Shown one piece after another: positions 1 to 15,231 of a DNA stretch of 64,000 nucleotides. The notes under the pieces are model-generated. The model made no database searches and had not been told where the DNA came from. It was given only the letters and a program-made list of their open reading frames with translations. The stretch is from assembly GCF_964355755.1 (NCBI RefSeq), contig NC_092678.1:13638352-13702351 (forward strand), given 5' to 3'. How positions within the stretch are numbered: position 1 is the stretch's first letter; each line of letters starts with the position of its first letter. Origin of the DNA: Antedon mediterranea (Eukaryota > Animalia > Echinodermata). Position numbers and translations under genes: made by a program.

Positions 1-3000
1 CCTCCTGTGGTCTGAGACCTGAACCAAAGCTTATATATCCACTAGAGGTAACACCAAAAGTGGTTTCCAACGAAGCCTTAAAGACAAATAGTAAAATACG
101 GTAATTATTTGTGTATTTCTTTATCAACAATTTTAAATAAAATCTTAAATACGAATTATTTTTAAGTGTAAACTATGACAATCCAATATAGTGATGCCTT
201 TTTCTGAAATAGATTGATTGATTCATGTTATAATCAATATACTTACAGGCAGGTCAACAGATACGGAATACTTGACCTGGATATAACCAGATAGAGGAAT
301 AGGTACATTTCCCAACGTAACGTAATAAGAACCAATTCTTCTTTTATCAACAAATTGGTTTTCATTAACGTAATCAAATCTATAAATAAAAATTAATTAA
401 AGTAATACTACTAGAATTGTATCGTGATTATTTTGTTATATAAGGTAAAATTACACTTACCTATCTCCCGCCTTGATTTTCATATGAATACCCGCCTCTA
501 CAGTACCCTCATATACTACATCAAGTTGACTGAATTTGACTACATCATTTTGAAAAGTTAGCCGCAGAGATGGATTGAATTTAAAGTCTGGCTTGATTTC
601 ATATGAAATATTTCCATTCTGATTTTTAAAATAGCAACATAGTTAAGTATTGATATTATTTACATACCGATGTATATGTATTCTATAACCTTTAATAAAA
701 AAAACATTGATTCACTTATATCAATTTGTTGATGGCAATCGATAACGCTCCGAGATCAGCCGTTTTGTATTCCACGATCACATAATATGTAGGCTACATT
801 ATTAATATAAAAACATTAAAAAAGCGCTTACTTTGTATGTCTGTGGTTCAGTAAGACGTATGTCTATTGGCAATTTACGATTTGCAGTAACATTGTTTAT
901 GACGTCACCAAACTCCTGATGATCTCGTATGACAAGAAGTTCTATAAATACTAAATTATCTTGAACTTTATATTCTGTAACCTATTAAGGTAAATGATAC
1001 ATACATATTATAAAAATGAGATAAACTGGGAAGAAACAAATTAGAATTTCATAATCTGTTTTTTAACATTCATTAATTCCGATAATGACAGTATATATGA
1101 TTAAGATATTTTAAAGATTAATATTGGGTATCTTGACTGTTAAAAACTGTACCTTTCCGATTAAACCACTTGTTTCACGCCCAGTAACTGTGCTGTCATT
1201 GGCTATCTGTTCTTTTGTTATTTTTCCATCGATTATAAAAAGTCCTTCTGTGTCATATTCACCTCCACTGCATCCAAGTGTAGCTTTTTCAGAAATAACG
1301 GCAGAAGGATTTGTTGCCAAGCTGCAAGAAAGCATTAATGTACCCTTTCAGATCATTATTATTATTACACTACCACATACCAATGTTATTATAAACATAA
1401 AGTAACTAATGTGTCTGTCCATGTGGATTTGTTACTGCAGTCGACAATCATGGTTTCAATAAAAGTAGCGTTTTGCTCTTCAACAATATTAACAACAGAT
1501 TCGTCCCAACAGATATATCATATAAACTTGCTACTTCAAGAGTCAAAACGACAACTTTTGAATGAAGGCTACTTATTCCAGGTACATTTCTACTCCCAAG
1601 ACATTTATGAAAAGGAACGTCTGTAATTAGAAAAAGAAATAAATAACATTACGCGACGACAAATCAATCAACGATGGCACAATGTGTCTTTTTTATGTTT
1701 ACAGTTTCCATAAAATACGATTCATCATAATACTTTTTAAAATGAAATGACACAAAAAACCTTTGAGTATGACAATGTCTTCATTTGGATATGACACTCG
1801 ATTATTGATGACGTCTGCCAAAAACGAAGCATCTGGGGTATCACTTGAATCAACCATTGGAGTGATATCTAACAGATCTTGGAAATTTGCATATGCCAAT
1901 ACTTCATCTAATCTCCCTAATCTTGCTTTAATCATACTGTGTCTCCCTATAATGTAATGTCATAAAGATAATTTTAACATTTTCTTCAACAGATCATTAC
2001 ATGAATTAAAAAGGAAGGAAAATCATTAATTGTGAAAGAAAGAAATAGAAAATGTGTAGAGAAAGAGAAGAAGAAGAAGAAAAATCAAAGACTAGTTTAT
2101 TGTCCTGGAGCGACAGACTGCCAAATAGAGACATAAAGAGTATGATTGTCAAAAAGGAACTGAATGAATGAGTGATCAAGAAGGAATGTTCAAAAGTTGA
2201 AGTGATTATCAAAACTCGTTTACCATACACAGAATGAAGGTATCGAAAATGAAAAATAAGGAACATAATCAATTATTATGTTATATAATATTGTAAATTA
2301 AAAGAACCACTTACACAAGTGTTGTACCGATGTTACAGTGTGAAATATGCCGTGTCCTTGGTTAGACACCAGAACATCAAACGCATCTATGTGATCTAGC
2401 CTCTTGTTAGTAATCATCAGAACATTTTCATCTATTCTTACGGGACAATTATAAATAATTGTAGAATTCGCACCAACGTTTATTAATTTAACTCTTTCGT
2501 CAATTTTATTCTTCCTTTCTGGGTCAGCATAGTTGGGGTTCACAATATTAGATGGGCATTTATCTGGAATCCAAACATTACATCCGTCCGGCTAAATCAA
2601 ATATAAAATATTCAGGTTTAGAACAAAAAATTATAAGTTTAAATCATGCTATAGAATGATGCTAAATATCACGAGAACAGATAGAATGCCAAATGCTTCT
2701 ATCTATCTATGACCTAACTAAGACAAGACCACTCGTTGAAAATATTAGATCCCGCCAATTGAAGTTCCGCGCTTCGAATGCCTGATGACGAACCATGCAA
2801 AGGGTACGCTCTGTATGTTCCTCAACATGGAAAAAGAAACCAGGAAGGCAGAGAACCAACTTTCTGAGATACATCCAACAGCTTTTAGGGGATGAAGAAG
2901 GAATGATTACCTCTGATAAGCTATCAGATTAATTTAGCCAAGGACTGTTGTAGCTGGAGAAAGCTTGTAGTCGCCTGCTCCGCAGCCGACTGATGATGAT

Positions 3001-3815
3001 GGATGAAATCGGTAGATTATAAAGGGTGAAATGTGCTGTGATGAATTAGACATAACTAGGACACATTATTTATTCTAAATGTATGCAAAAAAGTAATAGT
3101 GCATTGAATTCGTTAATTAGACAAGTAACAAAACATTGAAAAGAACGCTTTCTGGTTCTTATAAGGGATAATGTCAAAATTAGACTGCTGCTGTTACTGC
3201 AGTAAGTTTATGAGGCATTAACTAGAATAAACGTGATCCCCAAAAAGCGTCCTAAATAATTGCATAAACCTAATGTAAATTATACTCACTGTATTAGTAA
3301 AACATTGCTTCAAATCCAGACAACTCTGGCATGATCCTGTTTTAGCACTTAATCTTGTAAAGTTGCAGTGTGTTCGTTCACAATCTAATGTCTAAGTTGA
3401 TTTTTGAGATTATGAATAGATGATGATGTTAAACAATAAATTATATGCTTCGGTTATAAATAGGCCTATTTATTTATTGTGTAGTTTCCATAAGGCTTTC
3501 AACATCGTAAAGTAATTTTTGAAACTCGACGAATTGAATTGTATAGAATGTGTATAGTTTTATAACAATCTGAATGTGAAGTAAACGTTTTAAACAAAAA
3601 ATAAAAAAATCTACCTCGATATTGCTGGAGCATGTCCCGGTGCAAAAACAATAGTTGTGAAACCATGCATGACAGGTAACTGCGTCATCGGGCCCTGTGC
3701 TTGTACCCGGCAGACAGGTACGAGTTGAATCAAACCAACCACATCCTTCAACCTTTGCACATGACTTACAATCTTTGAACCTGATACAGTAACTAGTTCA
3801 AGTACATCTTGATCC
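1..3815 (-). pseudogene. Exons of a spliced host gene for a probable large extracellular protein with a PSI domain; probably disrupted
   Basis: Several minus-strand blocks bounded by AG/GT signals (about 247-380, 834-942, 2316-2590, 3615-3815). Exon 3615-3815 reads GSRCT*TSYCIRFKDCKSCAKVEGCGWFDSTRTCLPGTSTGPDDAVTCHAWFHNYC, a PSI-type cysteine pattern with an in-frame TGA at 3798-3800. Further stops occur in the 1125-1620 block. Both gene ends are unresolved. Confidence 0.5.
2720..3000 (+). mobile_element. 3' fragment of an RTE-like LINE
   Basis: Degenerate coding end ...WRKLVVACSAAD* followed by a short (TGA)n tail; boundaries approximate. Confidence 0.5.
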
Positions 3816-4015
3816 CTTTAAAAGAAAATTATATCATAATCATAGGCTAACAACTGTCATAGTAATTTTGTAGTAAGTCTGCTGCTTGGAATATATTATA
3901 CACATGATTGTACAGTATGGAAGTATAAAAGTAGTCCTCACTATATTTTCGTCATGCTCCACGTACTATCATATTTATCATCTAGACTACCAAATATTCA
4001 AAACAGAAAGCTTAA

Positions 4016-4548
4016 AGCCCCATTCCCTACGTTTTTTAGATCTAATTTAAGATCACAAACTATATTTAATGTAAAAATAATACTATATGGTCCTATTGTG
4101 ATAACTTTTTTCGTCTTTAAACGGTTAAAAATGTGAAAAATAAGTCGATTCTAATAATTATAGCGGCCCGCTATAAATTAATCCCAAAATGCATTGCGCG
4201 CGGATTGATATTTTTGTTTTTCACCTGTAATTCGCCCACTTTTCGATCGATCGTGAGGCCAAAACAAATGGGAGACTCCTAACTTTTCAGTGAAAATACC
4301 GGGTTTTCCCGAATTTGTATCAACGGAGTCTGGCAAAAATAGAAAGACAATTAATGCAGCAACTATACAACGTCAGGCTAGGTATATAGCTCGCGTACGA
4401 TGTTCGTACGTTACCGATGTTTACCAGCTAGGCCTACAAAACTAAGCCTAGCTAGGCTAGGCCTAAGACCGTCCACGAGAGGTCGATCGCCGCGAGCTAC
4501 TTAGGTAGTGCATTGTTTCTCACTTTTTATCATAATTTACCATAAAAC
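4016..4548 (+). mobile_element. One end of a Kolobok-like non-autonomous DNA transposon
   Basis: TTAA at 4012-4015 followed by AGCCCCATTCCCTAC. About 530 bp closely match the reverse complement of ~54970-55496. The other end was not found. Confidence 0.7.
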
Positions 4549-5610
4549 CAGCCACTCCTACATCTGGCTGGGCATATGCTAATTACATTAACTGTAATTA
4601 AGCTTTAACAATAATTATAATTTATATACATAAACAATAAAATAATAATAAAAATAAAATAATAATAATAAAAATCTTGAAAGGTACTTCCACGATGTGC
4701 TCGTGTCTCTCCGCCCGCCCGGTGGCGTTGCCTGATGCGGTGGTACTTGGTTGGTCTACTAGCTAGGCCTAGTAGGAGGCTTGGGTGTCTGTTTAAGCGC
4801 CGAAGAACATCACATAATACATGGAAGATGTAATAGGAGCATGAAGAAGAATGAAAGATAATAATTAATATATTTACGCAACATTTGTAAATAAAATCAA
4901 CAGTTAACATGTATTAAATGCACCGTAAAATATATAGCCTTTACTAGGCCTAGCTAGGGCCTAGGCCCTAGCTAGGCTAGGCCTAGCTAGCTAGCTAGAT
5001 GTGTCAAGCCAAATGACAATACATAAATAAAGTCGATGATTCCGAACCAAATGCCCAAATAATTCTACAGTGAATATAAAACATAAGTTTAGAAAATAAA
5101 TAACATCCTTACCATGCCATTCCATCAAAAGGCTAGTTTTGACGATTGCTTTTTAAGATGATCATCTCTCAGTTCTCCTATATGCTTTAACATACCTCTC
5201 GCTGTGTTTGTTTACCAATTGTATACCCACTAAAAGGTCAAACTGACGGTGACCTCGCGAGCACAAAACACGTGTCTGTTATAATCGTTTTTTGTAATGC
5301 TTTTGAACACTGCCCTCTACAGTCGGGGATACAAAATATGGTTTACCGTACGGAAACGGATTTAGGTCTCAATAAGTTTTTATACACTACAGTATTATCA
5401 CATATTAATTACAACTTCCTCTGTGTTAATATATTTACATTTTAACTAATTATTTAATTATCATTATTTTTTCTTCTCTCTTTCGTGTGGTTGTTCCACT
5501 TTTATTTCAACTAACAACATGGCATTTCCATTGTGCTGTTCATATAACATATCTGCTGATAACTTTTAACATATTTGCGCTGTATAATCTTATTATTATT
5601 ATTATTAGTA

Positions 5611-8600
5611 TAGTCCAGTCCCTAAGGGGAAATGATGTTACCATAGGCCCTGTTCAGACCCATGGCGTTAGACCGTTTTAGCGTACAACGTTACTAGCAA
5701 GGTCACGTTACAAACCGCAGAGAAAAAAACGAGGTGTTCAGACCCATAGCGTACGATTATCGTTACAACGGAAGTACGTCATTCTGGTTGTTTCTAGTTG
5801 AATATTCATGTGCTCTTACCCATGTGTTTTCATCATTATTTCCACTGTATGTAGGCCTAGATCTCAGCCCTACAATTATGACAAAATTTGCCGTAAATAA
5901 AACATACCTCAGCATTTATTTAAGAAAAATATAGTAAATCCAAATTTCTGTTTCTATTGTTTTTATTTTGTAGTAAAAAACATTTTCCTCAGGCTCTTGT
6001 GTTACGAAAATAAAGCAGGCCTCATAATGAGGAAGAAAAAAATGATTGTGATTAGTCTATCCAGTCCAGTCAAAGATATATATTCTTTGGTCCAGTCGGT
6101 TGAAAATAACCCTTAACTTGCTAATAAAAGGGACACAGCTCCCCTTGTTTGTTTACTGAATTTTTTAGGAGTTAGTGGGTTTTCAGCATTAAACTTGTCC
6201 AGTCTAGTCTGCCTTGTAGGAATGAGTGACTTGATGTCCCACGCTAGTTTTTAGCTTGAATGAAATGCGTGAATGGCTCTAGGCCTAGCTAGGCCTAAAA
6301 GCGGTTGGGATCGTAGTCCCTATGTTTAAATACAAGGTGCATGTATTTATGTCATTTGTTAGAAAACATAATGGTAATCAGTTGATAGTAGTTTGTAGCC
6401 TTTGTAACAGTTGTATTTGTAGTGTAGTTAGGCCTTATTTATTCTGGCCTTTTTGTTATTGAAATCCATCTCACACATTGACACAGTAATCAAAAACCAA
6501 AATCAGAGACCGACTAGAAGTAAATAAACCAATATATAAGGCTTTATACAGTAGGACCATCTTATACAGTTTGTCAATCAACTAAAATAAAAAGGAAATG
6601 AATATCACCAAATCTTTGATTTAGAGATTATCAGAAAGCATTTGACTCAATAAAACAGGCATTACCATATATTAAAGGGAAATATTATACCTCAACAAAT
6701 ATTGATTACGATCGTTCAAAGAGAAGTTAAGAAAGATTAGTAAGACAAGGCAACACTTACGATCTTCACTGCATTGGAAGAGGTGTTTAATCAAAGAGCT
6801 AATCTAAAAAATAGAGTAAATATCACTTTAAAGACAAAATAAACAGTTAATTTAACCAAAATCACATTGACTTCCAGCCTATTTTTTGCTTTGAATTACA
6901 GTTTTTTTGGGTATGCACTATATCATGTTTTTTTCAATCCAATTTTTGGTGAAACTATTATGTGTGACATTAAAATTGCATATTCAACAAAAATATTTGT
7001 CAAAATTACTTTTGTCAGGGGGAAAATAAGTATATCTTTAATAGCATGTGATATTATTAGCAAATATTTCAAATGTAGTTTTAAAACTTTCCCATTACAA
7101 ACAATTGCCATAATTCTGATAACATTACAATACACCCATCCTCTGGGACTTATTTTCAAATGTAGCTAAAAACTTTCCAGTACAATTCCGGCCATTTTGA
7201 TGTGTATAGATGCATGCAGTAGCATTGGAAAAGCGAGAGAGGGGGAGGTGGTTGGGGTGATGGAGAGACACATATTTTTTACATGTTTGTCTACACTATA
7301 AACTAGTTTAACAAAAAAGGTGTGATGTGCCCAAATATGGTAGTGATATGTCATTCATCGTGTCCATATATGGGCACATCACATTTTTTTGTCGCATAAA
7401 AATGTTATAGTGTAGACAGAGTTTAACATTTGTGTAACATTTATCAAAAATATGTGTCTCTCCATCCACCCCAACCCCCTCCCCTCTCTCGATCTCTTTT
7501 TATAGATTATTAATTGCTAAATATATGCAAAACGATGGGTCATAGCTCAAAATGACATTTCCAATTGAATTCTGACAAAATATTTTGTTAGAGCAAATAT
7601 AAATGTGTATATTCTAAACAATTTGACACCAAACTGAACTTTTTAGGACAAATAGTTACCGAGATATTGACATATTCAAACATTAGAGGTCAAGGGTCAA
7701 AAAAGCTTAATTTATGGTAATTTTTTGAAAAAAAGTTTCTATTAGACTAAATATTAGATTTATTTTCTTAACATTTTGAGCCCATTCTCAAATCTCTGAG
7801 ATTGCGTGTTATTGAGATATTAGGCAATCAAGGTCAAAGGTCAAACTGAAAAATAAAGCCTTTGCGGCCATTTTTGTACAATTTTTTTCATTATAGCGAA
7901 TATAAATATATATCTTCCAAGCATTTTGAAAAAAAATAAAGGTAAAATGTCCATGCGTTGTCAAGATATGGCGATTTTTAGTTATATAATAGAAAAATAT
8001 AAAAATTGAGGTCATAGGTCAGAGGTCAAATCAGATTTCCAGTAACTTTGTTTTGGCATCTCCACACTATACTCTACCAAACTGCTATACTGAAAAATTT
8101 GTATCCAGTCTGGTAACATCCCACCCATTTTTCTCCCCTTATAGTCCATGGGATTTAGCAAAAAAATGACCCTTTTCTCACACAAATTGCAAGAAAAGAT
8201 TTTTTTGATGAAATTTGTTCTTTAGACCCTACTGAACACATTTATCAACGTTAGGACATTTTTCGACAACGGGAAGTAGCCTAATTTGCATAATGGAAGT
8301 GCTATTTCTAACATTATTGACCTTTGACCTTGAATTCTCATATCTCAGCAACCACTAATCGGAGATATACAAATTAGGGCTTAAATTGTTCAGAAACTAC
8401 ACATTTATATTTAGTCTAATGGCATGTTTTGGCAAAAAATTGCGGATTCTAACATTATTGACCTTTGACCTTGATTTATCATATCTTAGCAACCACTAAT
8501 CTTAGAGACACACAATATGGCTCAAACTGTTCAGAAACTACATATTTATATTAAGTCTAATGGCATGTTTTTGCAAAAAATGGCCGATTCTAACATTATT

Positions 8601-10810
8601 GACCTTTGAACTTTGCACTACATAAAATCGCATAACTTTGAAAATATTGTACATATGAAATTATTTTTAGTGTCAAATTATTCAAAACATACATGTTTCT
8701 ATAGAGTCGAATGACACATTATGTCCAATAATGACCTATTGTATGGTTATTAACATTTGAACTATATTTGAAAAGGATTTTTAAACCCGGAATCTTCTTC
8801 ATGTAGGCATTCATTAGAACATGTGATTTGGCACTACCTGTTTAGAATATGGTGGTAATTTAAAGTGCATAAAACCAGTTGATTTAAATTAAATTTAAAA
8901 ACTGAAAATATTCACTTAAAAAAAAAATATTAGACTATATATACTAGACTTGCTCCAAGTCTGTATTGTTTTTTTTAATAATTTATTTGTTTTTATTTCG
9001 ACCGCGATTTTTGTCTGAAAATACAAACTCAAGTAATACACGTATGAAACGCCATATGTGCAAAAATGTTTATATTTTTACTAATATTAAGAAAAAAACT
9101 CCGTCTGGAGCCCAGACTATATATATACATACATTATAGGTTTGGATTATTAATACATTTTTAATTAGGTCTTACATCTTACTCAGGAGAAAGTTGGTGT
9201 TGACACTATTAACAGAGCCAACAAAAATGTAGTTTTTTTTATGATATATTGTACATACTTTAAATAGGCCATGCCATTTTGCAGGTTTATTAACGTTTTT
9301 TTCAAGTTAGTAATTTATTTTTTTATCAAATTAAATTGCCATTAAATGGCATATTCAAAAAATCAAATTTCTAAAGATTATTTAGTTTATATTTTGCTAA
9401 GGATAGCATTACTCTTGAGGGCATTCTTTTAGGTTGAAACATAGTCTTATTAAGAAGGCATTTTTTACTAATAGACGCATTGTTGACAACTGGAATTTTA
9501 AAAGATCGATATTAATGCAACATATTTAGTTTAGTTTAATTAATTGGCTATCGAGACTCATAATTAGGCTGACCAACACTTGCAATATTTTCACCGTATA
9601 CAGTAAAAACCTCAGTTTCTTATGGAATTTATTTATTTATTTCAATAACCATATACAGTACGACTACTAGTGGTGTATAGTTTTTAAGCTTTTATAACTT
9701 GTTTTTGTACTTTTTTTACGTGAATGTATTGTGTATGTACCATGTTTCTATGTGGTTTAATTTTTACCATTTTTTAACCATCAATTTTAATGCTTTTAAT
9801 ATAAATATCTTGTAATTCAGCTTCAGCTGCGAAAACGATAAGAAATAAAATAAACAAACGTGTAAACTTGTAGGCAGTTTGTGGATGAATGCAATAGTTT
9901 ATGCTTATAAATTTAATGTACCATGGCCTACTTTAAACTAAACATAATAAGTCAACGTTGCAACTCTTACATTTTAGAGTGCCAAATCACATGTTCTAAT
10001 GGATGTCCACATGAAGAAGATTCCGGGTTTAAAGACTTTTCAAATATAGTTCAAATGTTAATAACCATACAATAGGCCATTATTGGACATAATGTGTCAT
10101 TGGACTCTATAGAAACATGTATGTTCTGAACAATTTGACACTAAAAATAATTTCATATGTACAATATTTTCAAAGTTATGCGATTTTATGTAGTGCAAAG
10201 TTCAAAGGTCAATAATGTTAGAATCGGCCATTTTTTGCAAAAACGTGCCATTAGACTAAATATAAATATGTAGTTTTTGAACAGTTTGAGCCATATTGTG
10301 TGTCTCTCAAATTAGTGGTTGCTAAGATATGATAAATCAAGGTCAAAGGTCAATAATGTTAGAATCCGCCATTTTTTGCAAAAACATGCCATTAGACTGG
10401 ATATAAATGTGTAGTTTCTGAACAATTTAAGCCCTAATTTGTATATCTCCGATTAAGGGTTGCTGAGATATGATAAATCAAGGTCAAAGGTCAATAATGT
10501 TAGAAATAGCACTTCCATTTATTTTTGGAAAAACTTTTTCATTAAAGTGAATATAAAAACATATATTCTAACGATTTTGACACCATAATTAAGTATCTGT
10601 GACTAGCGGTTTCCAAGATACAGAGTACGTTATTAAAAATGGCGGCCATTTTTAATTATGCAAATTAGGCTACTTCCTGTTGTCGAAAAATGTCCTAACG
10701 TTGATATGTGTTCAGTAGGGTCTAAAGAACACATTTCATCAAAAAAACCTTTTCTTGCAATTTGTGTGAGTTAAAAGTCTAAATCCCATTGACTATTAGG
10801 GACTGAACTA
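5611..10810. mobile_element. Academ-like non-autonomous TIR element with an interrupted left TIR
   Basis: Termini TAGTCCAGTCCCTAA...TTAGGGACTGAACTA with 3-bp TSD GTA (5608-5610, 10811-10813). Long inverted arms ~8142-8835 and ~9980-10800. TAG..CTA ends with a 3-bp TSD fit Academ. Confidence 0.75.
5626..8138. mobile_element. Composite insertion inside the left TIR of the 5611-10810 element
   Basis: The outer TIR breaks after CCCTAA (5625) and resumes at ~8142. Insert ends are GGGGA..GATGTTACCA and TGGTAACATC..TCCCC, flanked by TAA/TTA (Harbinger-like target). It contains a small MITE at ~7285-7425. Confidence 0.5.
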
Positions 10811-10828
10811 GTATTGTTATGTCACTAA

Positions 10829-13800
10829 TAGTAGTCCGGTGGCAGGAGGGGGGAATCACCACCCGAAAGGGGACAAATTGCCATCCAACTTTTCTAGACT
10901 AGAATTTTCCGTAGATTACGAATATGGAAGGTAATCGATCAGGATAGGAAGCGTTTTCGAGATACAAGGGGTCAAAATTCAAAATTGACCAATATAAAAA
11001 CATGCTATATCTCTGGAAATTCTGGACGTAGTGAGATAATTTTGGTGTCAAATTGTTCACAATGTATATGTTTATATTAGCTCTAACAGAACTTTCTTTG
11101 AAAAATAGACCGGAAACCCCATTTTTAGAAATGTTGACCTTTGACCTCTTTTTGCTATATCTAGGTAACGGCAGGTCGGAGAGAATTAAAAATAGGAGCA
11201 AATTGTTCCCAAGATATACATTTATATTCAGTATAACAGAGGATGTTGCTTGAAAATGACCGGAAGTGTGGTTATTAACCTGACATAATTGAAAAAGGTT
11301 AAAAACATAAATTAATAAATATTTGTCGTAAGGAGTCAATTTTGGTGTTAAATTGTTCACAATATATATGTTTATACTTGTCATAATGCAACATTTTTTT
11401 CAAAAAGTGACTGAAACACCTATTTTTCTGTAATTTTAACCTTTCACCTGTTTTTCTCATCTAAATAACGACATGGCATAGAGATTTCTAACGGCAAATT
11501 GTTTATAATAGATATTTTTATTCAATCTAATAGATTATACTGTTTGAAAAATACAAGTGTGATTATTGCCTTGAAATCCTGTACATAAGAGCCTATCGGG
11601 GCGGATTTAATTCAAAGAGGTGTGGAAGGGGAATAATACTATTACTATACAGTACAATGTCTTTCTTTTGAGCAATTTCAATCAGGTATCCATGTATCTC
11701 CAATAAACGGAATGTACGGCTCATAGAGAATTAATTCAGAAGTTACCCTTGGTCCATTTTGGCAAATCCATATGGGTTCCTTTTAAAAGGATTGAGGGTG
11801 CACAGACAGGCTTTTCCCATGGCTTAATATTGGAACCTACAGTTTTAGTTACCCGATATATTTCTAACACAGTAACTTATGTAGCCAAATGCATTGATCC
11901 GATACAGGAGCAAAATGTAGAACTGAACATACAGTCTAGCAGAGAACCACAGAATGGTCTAAATAGATGACCTGCTGTTGTTTCATTTTAGCCAAAATCC
12001 AAATCGGTTCCTTAAGGATCGAGAGTTCACAGGCAGCTTTATTCCATGTGCCTGTCTATATAAACCCACATTGTCACCCCTTATATTTCCATTATGAGGC
12101 TTAATGTCCATGGATTACCGGCCCTTGGGTTAATTTGGGCAAATCTATAAGTGTTCCTTAAGGATCGAGAGTGCAAGGCAGCTTTATTTCATGGGGCCCC
12201 TCCTGTCTATTATGAACCCACAGTGTCACCCCTTATATGTCCATTATGGGGCTTAATGTCCATCCATGGAGGACCGGCCTTTGGGGGTTAATTTGGGTAA
12301 ATCTATAAGTATTCCTTAAGGATCGAGAGTCCACAGGCAGCTTTATTCCATGTGCCTGTCTATATAAACCCACAGTGTCACCCATTATATTTCCATTATG
12401 GGGCTTAATGTCCATCCATGGAGGACCGGCCCTTGGGTTAATTTGGGCAAATCCATAAGTGTTCCTTAAGGATCGAGAGTGCACAGGCAGCTTTATTTCA
12501 TGGTTCTGCCTGTCTATATAAACCCACAGTGTCACCTATTATATTTCCATTATTGGGGTTAATGTCCATGGAGGACAGGCCCTTGGGTTAATTTGGGCAA
12601 ATCCATACATTTTTCTTAAGGATCGAGAGTGCACAGGCAGCTTAATTCATGGGCCGCGCCTGTCTATATGAACTCACAGTGTCACCCCTTATATTTCCAT
12701 TATGGTGCTTAATGTCCATCCATGGAGAACGACCGGCCCTTTGGTTAATTTCGGCAAATCCATAAATGTTATTTAAAGATTGAGGGTGCACATTTAGTTT
12801 TATTCCATAGTTCATCTATGAACTATTTACCCCATACTAATTTCTAATACAGGGCCTTATGTAGCACACCACATAGAGATCCCAAAAGGGTCCTTAGGGG
12901 GTTCATTCGGGCAAATCCATATGGGTTATCTTAGAATCCTTTGTGTACAGGAAACTCTTTTCTGTATGGGCCAAACTATATAAAAATTGTGGTCTGTCTG
13001 TGTAGTGAGTTGTGGATTGAGTTTGGCCACCTGGATCTATGCCTATGCCCTATCCTGTACGAATTGGTATTCTCTGGTTCTGATGAATAGTAGTTTATTT
13101 TCCAAAACTTCACTGATCAAATAACGTGATTACATTTATGAACATCGATCTCATAGTTTGAATAACTTTGCATTATTTAGTTTATCATTTATTCAAATTT
13201 TGACCTTTGACCCATGTCAACTTGTGTAATGATAAATGTGCTCTTTTGATTGTGTATGATTGATAGATGAACAGAATGATAAAGCATAACATTTTGTCTT
13301 ACATGTTAGTTTTTATTTGGTTTTAAATGCAAATTGTGTGATTGGTCAATATTGACATTTGACCTTTAATTGCAAAGTATTTGTTTATAAGGCGACTGAA
13401 TAACACCATACAATACCTATAACCATACAAATGTATTAAAAGACCAAATTGAACTTTAATAAATTGGTTATAATACATATGTATATAATACATTGTTATA
13501 ATTGGTATATTTTGAACTTTGACCCCTTATCTCTTCCTATTCGCTTCCTATCCTGATCGAAGTCTGATTTGATTAAATACAGTATTATAATGAAATAACA
13601 TAACTTTACTAATCAAATAATTTGATTACTTGTAAAACCATCAATATCATAGTTTGGACAACTTTGCATTTATTTGTTAACTAATACGCGTATTAAAATG
13701 TTGACCTTTGACCTTATGTCAACTGATGAAATTGACCTTATGTCAACTGGTGAAATGATGTATTCGCTCTTTTACATTGCGTATGATTGATTAACAGTAT

Positions 13801-14180
13801 GAGAAAATATCCAATTTTTATTAAATATTAGTTTTTATTTGGTTTTATAGGTACGTTCTATGATTGGTCAATATTGACATTTGACCCTTAATCACAAAGG
13901 ATTTTTTTTTCATAAGGTGATTGAATAGACACTTATAATCATAAAAATGTGATAAAAGACCAAATTGTGCTTCAATAAATTTCTTATAATACATATACAT
14001 AATACATTGTTGTAATTGGTAAATTTTGAACTTTGACCCCTTATATCTCGAAAACGCTTCCTATCCTGATCGATTACCTTCCATATTCGTAATCTACGGA
14101 AAATTCTGGTCTAGAAAAGTTGGATGGCAATTTGTCCCCTTTCGGGTGGTGATATCCCCCCTCCTGCCACCGGACTACTA
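10829..14180. mobile_element. Academ-like non-autonomous TIR element with an internal minisatellite
   Basis: ~145-bp near-perfect TIRs TAGTAGTCCGGTGGCAGGAGGGGG...CCCCCTCCTGCCACCGGACTACTA. TSD imperfect (TAA/TAT). No transposase ORF. Confidence 0.75.
11990..12810. repeat. Tandem repeat, ~120-bp unit, about 6-7 copies
   Basis: Recurring CCTTAAGGATCGAGAGTGCACAGGCAGCTTTATT...CACAGTGTCACCC...GGGTTAATTTGGGCAAATC. Confidence 0.9.
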
Positions 14181-14814
14181 TATGGAATAAGGGGAAAATG
14201 CGTAGTCAAAAACATGGCCTTAAGGGGAAATTGTACTTAAGGGGAAATATAACTTTCCCCTTAACGTTTGCAGTGTCAATATACTGGCCAAATTCGGACA
14301 GTTTGGAACTAGAAACTCAGAAATTTGGCAGAATTTATTAAAATCTCCTAAATAAAGGATAATTCAGGTGTTTTTATTTCCTATATGAATTTTTATGTAT
14401 AAAAGAAAATTGTTTTGTTATTAATTGTCGTTTTCGAAAAAACACGACCTTAAGTAGAATATGTATTTCAGCCAAATTCTAACAAAATTGGGATTATATC
14501 TTCATTATCTCCTAGCTAAAACAATTCACATATTATATTCTACCGCTGTTATGAATTTCATATTAATTGGTGCATTTTTCTTGATTTTCCAAAAAAACCG
14601 ACCGTGATTTTGCCCGTTTAAAATCGAAAATTGCTTTTCGTGATTTTCACAAACATTATTTTTGACGCAAGCGCACTTCTTCTCGAAACAAAGGAACGTC
14701 GCCCGCCAGCGATTTTTTTTCCCGTACGAGAGTTCCTCCATCGGTTCGTTTCGGACTCAATCGACTCTTCGGTAAGCCACCGATGCTCACTGATGCGTGA
14801 CAGCAACCACAAGC

Positions 14815-15231
14815 ATAGTGGCCAAATCTGGAATAATTATGCCGTCTGGAATAATTTTGACCCATATTGCATCTGGCATTTATGCTAGGCATAATTTTAG
14901 GAAATCTGGCATAATCTGGCATAATTTGAAAAACGCAAACATACAACATATTCACCATGATTTAGCATATTATCTGGCATAATTGCGAAAAAATCTGGCA
15001 TAATTTGTACACAATCTAGCATAATTTGGCTGAAAACCCGAAGAGCTTTTTTTTTTTTTTTTTTTTTTTTTTGGCTTCCCACCTTTGTGCATGGTACATA
15101 AAACATACACATAAACCGCCCTCTTATTCACTGTTTTGGTGCACTTTTAGCCTTAATTGTGTCTGGCATAATCTGGCATAATTTTGTGCTGCCACCTAGC
15201 ATAATTTCATTTCGCTCGCTGGCCACACTGA
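14815..15231. repeat. Probable MITE rich in GGCATAATT motifs
   Basis: Ends AGTGGCCA / TGGCCACACTG; many (T)GGCATAATT copies; no TSD resolved. Confidence 0.4.

Noticed and set aside
11990-12810. Regular repeats as a CRISPR array or coding repeat
   Set aside because: Whole units repeat in tandem inside a TIR element; no spacers.
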